Assembly: GCA_002269645.1 (NCBI GenBank)
Contig: NIVC01001631.1
Coordinates: 27,886 to 91,885, forward strand
Length of the DNA stretch: 64,000 nucleotides
Reading direction: 5' to 3'
From: Macrostomum lignano
Taxonomy: Eukaryota
A model generated the notes under the pieces. The model had not been told where the DNA came from, made no database searches, and saw only the letters and a program-made list of their open reading frames with translations. Position numbers and translations under genes: made by a program. How positions within the stretch are numbered: position 1 is the stretch's first letter; every line of letters starts with the position of its first letter. This document shows positions 1 to 10,900 of this stretch, in pieces.

Positions 1-178
1 TAGTCTGTTAGGTTATAGGGGTTCTGTCAACATGGAGGTCGCAGTCTCCAGGCTCAGGTGAAACAGCTTTAAGGAATTTAAAAGATTTCAGATAAAAAAC
101 CTCGATGGTTGTGTATGCAAATGTTTTGTACTGGGACTGCTGATCTCTTATTGTCAGGAGATTGAGCAAGCTAATTCG

Positions 179-668
179 TCATGATGATTATTCTGATGAT
201 GATGATGACTGATCATGATGATTATTCTGATGATGATGATGACTGATGATGATGATTATTCTGATGATGATGATGATGATTATCATGATGATGAGTATGA
301 TGTGAGATCATGATGATTATTCTAATGATGATGATGTGGTAAATCTCAGTTTTGATCCAAAAGAAATCCTACGCTCGTACATTGCCCTCGAAGTCCCAAA
401 TTGATCCCGAACAAGAGATCATGATGATTATTTTTGATGATGATGATGATGTGAAATCATGATGATTTTTTATGATGATGATGGTGCGAGATCATTATGA
501 TTATTCTGATGATGATGTGAGATCATGATGATTATCATGATGATGATCATGATGATGATGCTTAATGGTTATGATGATGATTAATCATGATTATTATGAT
601 GATGACGATGTTTAACATTAGGAAGATCGATAGGGAGGGAGATCAAGCATTCTGAATGATTTTTATGA
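179..668. repeat. Degenerate (GAT)n with TCATGATGATTATT higher-order units
   Basis: Direct reading. Confidence 0.9.
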
Positions 669-909
669 TAATGTTAACTCGGCATGGTCACCTAAATTTC
701 ACAAACACTGGGCTTTACAAGATTAAAATTCCGAATACATTGATCTCCCAATCGATATATTTAATGTTTTACTCAACTCAAGTTTACCATTTGTAATGAA
801 AACTCCCCGACCAGAAAAAGTGAGCGCAGATGTACATGTACACCCTGTAAGAGCGCGCCTGCCTGCCGCCCCACTATATACTAACTGAACCTTTTCCGCC
901 TGTCCGCAG

Positions 910-2293
910 CTCTTGCTGTCCTCAGTTCACTTTCTGGCTGCCGTACAGCTGCACCGCAATATTTTCCTGGTTCAAGCGGCCCACCCAACAGCACCACTGC
1001 CGGCAGCTCGGAGCCAATGTGCGCCTGGCAACTGCAGTTGGCTTATTCGCTAGCATTAACTGTCTGCAGTTCGGCTTGGCCCTGACCTGCCAGGGCTGCC
1101 TGCTTTGTTCTGTCGGCAAATGACCCGCGCGGGCTACCTCAGCGTGGCCGCTGCTGCCTGCGCTATGCCAGGCTGCCATTCTATACCTGCGCCTGCTGTG
1201 AGTAGCTGGTGCAGCTCATCTGTATTGAAGGCTGCCTTCTGATTCTAGGAAAATTGTGTACATGCTGAGAGTGTACATGCCTGAGAGTGTACATGCCTGA
1301 GAGTGTACATGCCTGAGAGTGTACATGCCTGAGAGTGTACATGCCTGAGAGTGTACATGCCTGAGAGTGTACATGCCTGAGAGTGTACATGCCTGAGAGT
1401 GTACATGCCTGAGAGTGTACATGCCTGAGAGTGTACATTACCTGAGAGTGTACATACCTGAGAGTGTACATACCTGAGAGTGTACATGCCTGAGAGTGTA
1501 CATGCCTGAGAGTGTACATTACCTGAGAGTGTACATGCCTGAGAGTGTACATGCCTGAGAGTGTACATGCCTGAGAGTGTACATGCCTGAGAGTGTACAT
1601 GCCTGAGTGTACATGCCTGAGAGTGTACATGCCTGAGAGTGTACATGCCTGAGTGTGTACATGCCTGAGTGTACACGCCATTTCATCTACAGAGGGCGTT
1701 AAAATTTGACAAGTGACAGGCGGTCCATTCCCACTCCCCGCTGAGATTCCCGCAGTCACAGCCGGCCTCTCCGCTATGCTCAGCTTCTCCGCGTCGCTTT
1801 GCCCCGTCGGCGGCGGCGACAGCTCGACCGGATCTGCCTGCCTGGGCCCGCTCTACCCGCAGCATCTGGTCATGCTGGTGGTGGCCTGCGAGTCTCTGGT
1901 CTACTCCTGCCTGCTGCTGTGGCTGCTGCGCCGTCTGCGGCAGTCGGTGGCCGCATCGCCTCAGCCTGACGCCTACTCGGAGGGTCATCAGCAGCCGGCT
2001 GATGCCGCCGAGACAGAACCTGACGATCCATTCGGCTCCTCACCACATCCACCGGTGGCAAGCTGTCAGTTGCTGACGTTGGCTTGTCATCTTCTTCAAG
2101 TAGTACAGTTCTGAATCGTCAGCATTCTCAGCAGCAGCCGCATCCCATGGACGAGCTCCTGGCTAGGCAGGCCTCCCTAATTGGCTACCTGCGATTGCGC
2201 AATAATCGTCTAACTAGGCGGGTTTATCGAGTAGAACAAGAACTGATGCACAGGCAGCGAGAGCTGCTGGATCAGCAGAGTCCTCTGGCCTGA
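910..2293 (+). CDS. TMEM192: TMEM192-like lysosomal membrane protein, 5' partial; exons ~910-1197 and 1756-2293, with several 1-nt frameshifts
   Basis: Acceptor ccgcag|910, donor ct|gtgagt at 1198, acceptor cgcag|1756, phases compatible. Segments RQMTRAGYLSV, LRYARLPFY, LVMLVVACESLVYSCLLLWLLRRLRQSVAASPQPD and MDELLARQASLIGYLRLRNNRLTRRV match, in order, recalled TMEM192 motifs (RNRGY; LILAILALE...KPEPD; [26 protein letters not shown]). The segments lie in different frames. Confidence 0.75.
1256..1676. repeat. 16-bp minisatellite CTGAGAGTGTACATGC in the TMEM192 intron
   Basis: Direct reading; explains ORFs 1181-1759. Confidence 0.95.
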
Positions 2294-3144
2294 CCGAGTT
2301 TGTTGAGCTGTACTTTTTTAATTCCAATATTGTCAATCGTGTACCGATTTTTTATTACTATGAGTAGCAGAAGACTGCAGGTGCACAGAGTGCACATGCT
2401 GACGATTAGAAAGTCAGGGCTGCTGTAAAATTTAAACCTATGCGCGAATATTGCTACTCAGAAGTAATATGCCAGTATTTTAATTTTTCATTTTAACATA
2501 CTTAAATATCAAGTGTATAAGGCAGTGTTAATCCAGGCTTCACTCGTCTCCACTAACGCAACAGTTGATCGCAAAATATTCACTGTGTTATATAAATCAC
2601 TTGTTTCTTGAAGTTGTTCTAAACTTGATTTTATAAGCTGTCTTAATATTAATAATCAACTTAGCTAAATTACTTGCTTCATGAACTATGTCATTTCTAT
2701 GATTTCAACCTCTGATTCCCGGTCGCTTTGTGTAAGTTTTTTATTATTATCGATATTCCTGCTTTGCTACAGACATCTTAATAAGCAGACTCTTCCAGTG
2801 AAAGTAATCTAGCTAAAGCTATGTGCCACAAGTAATTGATCATTAATATAGATTAATTGTGCAATTTATTGTTAATCTCGTGATAAATCATATGTTTGAT
2901 TTTTTGGCTCATTTTAAAGCTGGCAATTGGTCAATTAATTGTCTAAAATTAATTGAGAGCTTAATCTTAATGGTTTTGTTAAGTCGAATTAAGTAATTTT
3001 TGACTTATGACATAGCTGGATCTTTTGAGTAAACTATCTATAATATATTCAGTTTTTTACGAGTATATTTACCCAAGCATATCATTGAAGAAATTCCAGT
3101 TATTTGTTTTTTGTCTTTTCTGAGTTTTGTCAGGCCTGAGTCAC

Positions 3145-3290
3145 GTGGGACTTGGGTCAGGTGGGACTTGGGTCAGGTGGGACTTGAGTCAGGTGGGACT
3201 TAGGTCAGGTGGGACTTGGGTCAGGTGGGACTTGGGTCAGGTGGGACTTGGGTCAGGTTGGACTTGGGTCAGGTAGGGCTTGGGTCAGGT
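3145..3290. repeat. 16-bp minisatellite GTGGGACTTGGGTCAG
   Basis: Direct reading, ~9 units. Confidence 0.9.
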
Positions 3291-3401
3291 GAGGTCAGGG
3301 TCAAGCCTTACTCAGATGCGATCACCAGGGTCAGGGAAGGGTCATACAAGGCCCAACCAGGTAACGTTAAGGTGCGAGCCGCTGGTTAACCGCCAGAGTG
3401 G

Positions 3402-6400
3402 GTGAAACCCGGCACCTTGCAGCATCACCGCAGAGCAGTGGCAGTCGCGGTCACGGCGGCAGCGGCAGCGGCAGCGGCCAGCTACTCAAACTCGGACCCC
3501 GTTGCTGGCCAAGGTGTCCGAGGCGTCCTCAGATTTGGTCGGGCCGGCCTCATCGTCGCCCGGGTCGCCGCCGACTACAAATGGAGCCTGTCCGGCCTAG
3601 TCCCGGACAGTCCGGAATACGCGGCCGTCATCGCCGAGGTGCACGAGCGCTCGGCCAACCGGCTGCACCGGCTGTGCTGCGTCAACCGCGGCTGCTTCGT
3701 CAAAGTCGGGCAGCACCTGGCCGCACTTAATTACCTGCTGCCGGAGCCCTACACCCGGGTGCTGGGCCGCCTGCACAGCGACGCGCCGGCCTCCAATATT
3801 GAAGAGGTTCGCCAGGTCATCGAGGAGGACTTTGGCCGGCCGGTGAGAGGGGGGGCGTTTATTGCTTCTGTTCTATCACCACTTCACGTCTGTGACTCTG
3901 ACTTACCAATCCCCACAGGATCCCATCTATCTGTTCCCTTCAGCCCCATTGTCTGATCCCCTCAGCCCCATTCCCTGATCCCCTCAGCCCCATTCCCTGA
4001 TCCCCTCAGCCCCAATCCCTGATCCCCTCAGCCCATTCCCTGATCCCCTCAGCCCATTCCTTGATCCCCTCAGCCCATTCCCTGATCCCCTCAGCCCCAA
4101 TCCCTGATCCCCTCAGCCCCATTCCCTGATCCCCTCAGCCCCATTCCCTGATCCCCTCAGCCCATTCCCTGATCCCCTCAGCCCATTCCCTGATCCCCTC
4201 AGCCCATTCCCTGATCCCCTCAGCCCCATTCCCTGATCCCCAGGCGCACAGCATATTCCGCAGCATCGACCCGTCACCGTGCGGCGCCGCCAGCCTGGCG
4301 CAGGTGCACCGGGCGGAGCTGCTGGACGGCACGCCGGTGGCGGTGAAGGTGCAGCACCCGGACGTGCTGGCCAGGTCCGCGCCGACATGGCCACCATGGA
4401 CTGGCTGGTGGGCCTGGTGTCCCGCCTATTCGTCGACTTTCACTTTCAATGGCTGGTCGACGAGACCCGACGGAATTTGCCGCGCGAGCTGGACTTCGCC
4501 GCCGAGGCCGAGAACATGCGACTGGCCCGGCGGCTGTACTGCGGCCGCTTCCCCTGGCTGGAGGTTCCGGGCGCGGTGGCCGGCCTGGTCAGCAAGCGGG
4601 TGCTGGTCATGGAGCTGTGCCGGGGCGGCCAGATTGACGACCTGGCGTACATCAGCTCCAACCGGCTGGACAGGCGCCAGATTGTGAAGCAGGTGAACCA
4701 GCTGTACAGCTGCATGATGTTCGACTGCGGCTTCGTGCACAGCGACCCTCATCCCGGCAATCTCCTGGTGCGGCCCGACCCTGCACTGCCTTCCGGTTAG
4801 TGCTCGGCTGCTGCTGCTACTGATACTACTGCTGATGATACTACTGCTAATACTTTGATAATACTACTAAAGATACTTCTGATATTACTACTGATAATAC
4901 TACTGATAATACTACTGGTGATACTACTGATGATACTACTGGTGATACTACTGATGATACTACTGATGATACTACTGATGATACTACTGATGATACTACT
5001 GATGATACTACTGATGATACTACTGATGATACTACTGATGATACTACTGATGATACTACTGATGATACTACTGATGATACTACTGATGATACTACTGATA
5101 ATGCTACTGAGATGACACTACTGCTAATACTACTGATAATGCTACTGATAATACTACTGACGATACTACTGACGATACTACTGACGATACTACTGATACC
5201 AATGCTTACACTACCATTCTAACTCAACCATTCGCAGGAGTCCGCATAGTGCTGTTAGACCACGGCCTCTACAACCAGCTGACGCCGGACTTCCGACTCA
5301 GCTACTGCCGGCTGTGGCGCGCCATCATAGACGGCGACTTGGCCGGCATCCGGGCCAGCGCTGACAGCCTGGGCTGCGGCCATCTCTACGGCCTGTTCGC
5401 CTGCATGGTCAGCGGCCGCTCCTGGCGGGCCGTCTCTGCCGGAGTCAGCCGGAGCGAGTTCTCCACTGAGGAGGAGCTGGTAGGCGGACTGAGCTTGAAA
5501 TATTCCCTGTAACATATTTCAGAACTGCCCCATCCCACACCTTAGCATCGCTCCCTATCCCACACCTGACAGCCTCCTCTATCTCACACCTGAGAGCCGC
5601 CCCATCCCACACCTGAGAGCCGCCCCATCCCACACCTAAGAGCCGCCCCATCCCACACCTGAGAGCCGCCCCATCCCACACCTGAGAGCCGCCCCATCCC
5701 ACACCTGAGAGCCGCCCCATCCCACACCTGAGAACCGCCCCATCCCACACCTAAGAGCCGCCCCATCCCACACCTGAGAGCCGCCCTATCCCACACCTGA
5801 GAGCCGCCCCATCCCACACCTAAGAGCCGCCCCATCCCACACCTGAGAGCCGCCCCATCCCACACCTGAGAGCCGCCCCATCCCACACCTGAGAGCCGCC
5901 CCATCCCACACCTGAGAGCCGCCCCATCCCACACCTGAGAACCGCCCCATCCCACACCTAAGAGCCGCCCCATCCCACACCTGAGAGCCGCCCTATCCCA
6001 CACCTGAGAACCGCCCCATCCCACACCTGAGAACCGCCCCATCCCACACCTGAGAGCCGCCCTATCCCACACCTGAGAGCCGCCCCATCCCACACCTGAG
6101 AGCCGCCCCATCCCACACCTGAGAGCCGCCCCATCCCACACCTGAGAGCCGCCCCATCCCACACCTGAGAGCCGCCCCATCCCACACCTGAGAGCCGCCC
6201 CATCCCACACCTAAGAGCCGCCCCATCCCACACCTGAGAGTCGTCCCATCCCACACCTAGAGAGCCGCCCCATCCCACCCAGTCCATTCAGTCGGAGGCC
6301 GGTCGCCTCCTGCCGCAGATGACGCAGGTGCTGGAGTCGGTGCCCCGGCAGATGCTGCTGCTATTCAAAGCCAACGACCTGCTCAGAGGCATCGAGCACC

Positions 6401-6606
6401 GCCTGACGGGCCGGCAGAGGTTCGGGCCCGGCCTGTCTTTCACCCTGCTGACGGACGCCTGCCTGCGCACCCTGGCCGAGGCCAGCTGGGCAGCCGCCGA
6501 CTGGCGCGACTGGCTCCGCCTGCGCTGCCGGCTCTGCCTGATCCGTGCGCTGCTCATCGTCCGGGACCTCTGGGCCGCAGCGGCTGCTTCCGTTGAAAGC
6601 GCTTGA
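3402..6606 (+). CDS. ADCK1: AarF/ABC1 atypical kinase ADCK1; exons ~3402-3842, 4244-4795, 5238-5479, 6283-6606; start codon uncertain; 1-nt frameshift near 4380
   Basis: Motifs NRGCFVKVGQHL, ASLAQVHRA, VAVKVQHP, LPRELDF, FVHSDPHPGN, LLDHGLY and VPRQMLLLFKANDLLRGIE. All three introns are GT-AG with matching phases (0, 1, 0). Confidence 0.9.
3940..4243. repeat. 21/22-bp minisatellite CC(C)ATTCCCTGATCCCCTCAG in ADCK1 intron 1
   Basis: Direct reading; ends at the splice acceptor. Confidence 0.95.
4815..5200. repeat. 12-bp repeat GATGATACTACT in ADCK1 intron 2
   Basis: Direct reading. Confidence 0.95.
5528..6282. repeat. 23-bp minisatellite CACACCTGAGAGCCGCCCCATCC in ADCK1 intron 3
   Basis: Direct reading. 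Confidence 0.95.
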
Positions 6607-7990
6607 GTTGCATTTTTACTGTCTTTTGACTACTTGTGATGAGTAGTATTGATTGCGCATACTTTTATCCAGTAGCTAATTTGAAATCTGTTTTGATTGT
6701 TAATTTAGAATTAATTAAAATAGTGATATTTTCCTAACTGTCTACTGCAATTGGTCTTGGTAATAGCAGTAGTGCGATTAGGATGCAGGACTTGATAAAA
6801 ATAGATTTTTCTGTTGACTGTGAAGAGACCTGAGATGCAGAGTTGAGCAGCCTATATTCATCCTTAAGTTGCCGGTGCTGACGGTGAATTCTCTGATGAT
6901 AACTGGCCATTGATCACGAATAAAAGCTGACATTTTTGTGATTATAAATCTGATTAATAAATTTGTCTTCAACCTGTAAACTGTATCACGTTGTATTTAT
7001 GTTTAATTGTTTTTTATGATATAGACTTGCATAATGAGCTTCGTATGCAGAATCGGCTTCTTGAAATGGAATAACTTCAATCCGTGTATATTGTTTATCA
7101 TATACAATATTTATAGCTATGTACTCAATGGATTGGCGCGGCTGAGAAGTTTACTATAGTTTAACGTGTCATATGGTAAAAAATTACATGTAGCCATATA
7201 AAATATGCACTAGCAAAGCAATAAAGAGAATGATTAGGCTGATTGACAGTTGTGACAGGTAACAACAGGTTTGAATGAGGCGCAGATTCGTGTGTGGACA
7301 GATCTGGCCCGAGTTTAGGCCATGGGAAGCGCTCTGTGGCAGTGGGGATAATTCGGTGTGCGCATTGGGATTATCAGAGCTGCAAATTGAACTATTCATT
7401 ACACTAATATCGGTACCTGGGTTTAATTAGGCTGAGGCGGTCTTCAACTTGGCCTATTCAATATTAAAACAGTCTGTGTACACACAGATCACGTGGTTTA
7501 TCAAATAAAAAACCTTCCCTGCCGACTACCGTCACGTGATGTTTGCACTTATCACCATTGTACATTCAACGTAGGGTCTGAGACACTATTTTTAGACACT
7601 TAGCCTTCTACCCCCACCCCAACCACGCGACTGGCTCCTGATGTGGCCTGTGATAGGGGTTGAATTAGCGTCTCTTAACTTGCAGTCACGCAGTGTCTCT
7701 AATTCAATCTATTCGTTATTTTAAGCGATCAGTGTAGTGTACACACGACATCACGTGATCATCACTGTACCCTGTCGTCACGTGATGTTTGCGCTATCAT
7801 TATTGTACATTCAACGTAGAGTTTGAGGCTTGCTATTTTTAGACACTGGCCGCTCTAACCCCCCCCCAGTTAAATAAATTAACTGGAATCAATACACCAT
7901 TTTAATTTATGCAGGCCCAGACGCCAATGCGCCTCATCTACATCTAAGTACCGTGCAAGTTACATGTAGGTTAGCTTGTTAGATGTCATT

Positions 7991-10900
7991 TCACACCTGC
8001 GACGAGGCGATGGAATAGGAGCTGTGCAGCTGCCTATCGCAGGTGCACAAGTCCGGCCTGCCGCTATCCAGCAGCAGCGCCTGCGCCGCCCCGGCCGACT
8101 GCAGCAGCCTCTGGTGCTGCTGCTGATGCAGCTGCTGCTGCCTGCCCTGCCGCCTGTTGCTGCCGCCGTTCCGGTCCAGAGTCATAGAGACCGGGCCGCC
8201 AACGATGCCACCGTCGGGCGGCTCGCCGACAAACCGGCACACGGGTGAGTGGGACGCCAACATGGAGCCGGACACGGTCGAATAGGCGGCCAGGCGGGCC
8301 AGCTGCTGCCTGCTGGGCGGCGAGCCCGGGTAATCCACAATCGTCTTCGCCGCCGCCCCAGCCGCGTCGCCTCCCCGATGCTGCGGCGTTCCTACGACGT
8401 CTTCGTCTAGATCGTCCAAATCGTTGTCCTCCTCGCTGCCGCCAATGACGCCGCCGATGGCACCGCCGCCTCGGCAAGCTGCTGAAGCTGCGATCGCTGC
8501 CGAGGAGCTCGGGCCGCCGTCCTGGGAGCTGCTGACTCGGCGAAGACGTCGCTGAGCCGAGATGAGCAGCCGGCGCCGGTAGACCACGATGACCAGGCCG
8601 CTGACCAGGGCCAGCAGCACCAGCAGGATGAGAATGATCACGATCACCTGTCTGGTGCTCAGGCACATGCTGGCCTGGCAGCTCGACTCTGCAGGTTCGG
8701 ATGAGATGCCACTATTAACCTTTTTTGTAGGTTTGTAGGTTTCCTCTCTCTACCTTCCCCACTCTCCAATCTCCCTCTGCCCTTCCCCATACTCCCTCTG
8801 CCCTTCCCCATACTCCCTCTGCCCTTCCCCATGCTCCCTCTGCCCTTCCCCATACTCCCTCTGCCCTTCCCCATGCTCCGTCTGCCTTTCCCCATACTCC
8901 CTCTGCCCTTCCCCATACTCCCTCTGCCCTTCCCCATACTCCCTCTGCCCTTCCCCATGCTCCCTCTGTCCTTCCCCATACTCCCTCTGCCCTTCCCCAT
9001 ACTCCCTCTGCCCTTCCCATGCTCCCTCTGTCCTTCCCCATACTCCCTCTGCCCTTCCCCATACTCCCTCTGCCCTTCCCCATGCTCCCTCTGTCCTTCC
9101 CCATGCTCCCTCTGCCCTTCCCCATACTCCCTCTGCCCTTCCCCATGCTCCGTCTGCCCTTCCCCATACTCCCTCTGCCCTTCCCCATACTCCCTCTGCC
9201 CTTCCCCATACTCCCTCTGCCCTTCCCCATGCTCCCTCTGTCCTTCCCCATACTCCCTCTGCCCTTCCCCATACTCCCTCTGCCCTTCCCCATGCTCCCT
9301 CTGTCCTTCCCCATACTCCCTCTGCCCTTCCCCATGCTCCCTCTGCCCTTCCCCATACTCCCTCTGCCCTTCCCCATGCTCCGTCTGCCCTTCCCCATAC
9401 TCCCTCTGCCCTTCCCCATACTCCCTCTGCCCTTCCCCATACTCCCTCTGCCCTTCCCCATGCTCCCTCTGTCCTTCCCCATACTCCCTCTGCCCTTCCC
9501 CATACTCCCTCTGCCCTTCCCCATGCTCCCTCTGTCCTTCCCCATACTCCCTCTGCCCTTCCCCATACTCCCTCTGCCCTTCCCCATGCTCCCTCTGTCC
9601 TTCCCCATGCTCCCTCTGTCCTTCCCCATACTCCCTCTGCCCTTCCCCATACGCCCTCTGCTCCGTCTGCCCTGCCCCAGCCGCAGCAACTCACGCGGCT
9701 GCGCCCATTTCTGGTCCCGCTTGAGCGCCACCACCACATGGGACTCCGTCTCGATATCCCAGACACTGCTGTCCGGGCTCCGCTTGGCCATCTTGTCCGA
9801 CGCGCAGCTGGTCGGTTCGCACAGCTTCTCGTCCGAATGCCGGCACACCCGGACAGTGCACCGGAAGTAGAGATTGGGCGAATTGCCCAACCGGAAGGCC
9901 GGGAACCCGCCGGTCTGCATGTGCAGGCCGCCCTTTGGCCGGGTGCTGCGGAAGTCGGCAGTGAAGCCCGAGTCCAGGACTCGATCGCTGCAATCGGGCG
10001 GCGACCGCTAGGGTTAGTTTGTTATTAAAGAACCAAGGACGTCTTGCGTAAGTGGACTGGCCGTCTAAACTGCTAATATTTTTACTGTAAGTAGAGCAGT
10101 TTGCATCTTGTCGGTAAAAATAACTGCTATGAAAAGTCGTATCCATTCATTCCTTACCCGCCGCAGCCGATGATCAGTTTGTCGCTGCGGCCGTTGGCGC
10201 CTCGGCGGGAAGGCCGGCCGTCATCAGCCGATGCCGCCGACTTGTTGGCGGCGAAGCACTGGCGGATTAGAAGGCCTGTGTACTCGCGATCGCCTTTGGC
10301 ACCTGCGGGGGTTGTTGGATATGCGGCTTGGTAGAGCGTAGAGATACAGTAATAACAGTAGTTAGAATGACAGGTTGTATACCAGGAGTGACAGACCTAT
10401 CGCACTGTAGCAGGAAAGTAACAGACAAACAGTAGGGAGAGTGACAGGCAGTAGTGAGAGAGTGACAGACAGTAGCGAGAGTGACAGGCAGTAGTGAGAG
10501 AGTGACAGACAGTAGTGGGAGAGTGACAGGCAGTAGTGAGAGAATGACAGACAGTAGTGGGAGAGTGACAGGCAGTAGTGAGAGAGTGACAGACAGTAGT
10601 GGGAGAGTGACAGGCAGTAGTGAGAGAGTGACAGGCAGTAGTGAGAGAGTGACAGGCAGTAGTGAGAGAGTGACAGACAGTAGTGAGAGAGTGACAGACA
10701 GTAGTGGGAGAGTGACAGGCAGTAGTGAGAGAGTGACAGACAGTAGTGGGAGAGTGACAGACAGTAGTGGGAGAGTGACAGGCAGTAGTGGGAGAGTGAC
10801 AGGCAGTAGTGAGAGAGTGACAAACAGTAGCGAGAGTGACAGGCAGTAGTGAGAGAGTGACAGACAGTAGTGGGAGAGTGACAGGCAGTAGTGAGAGAGT

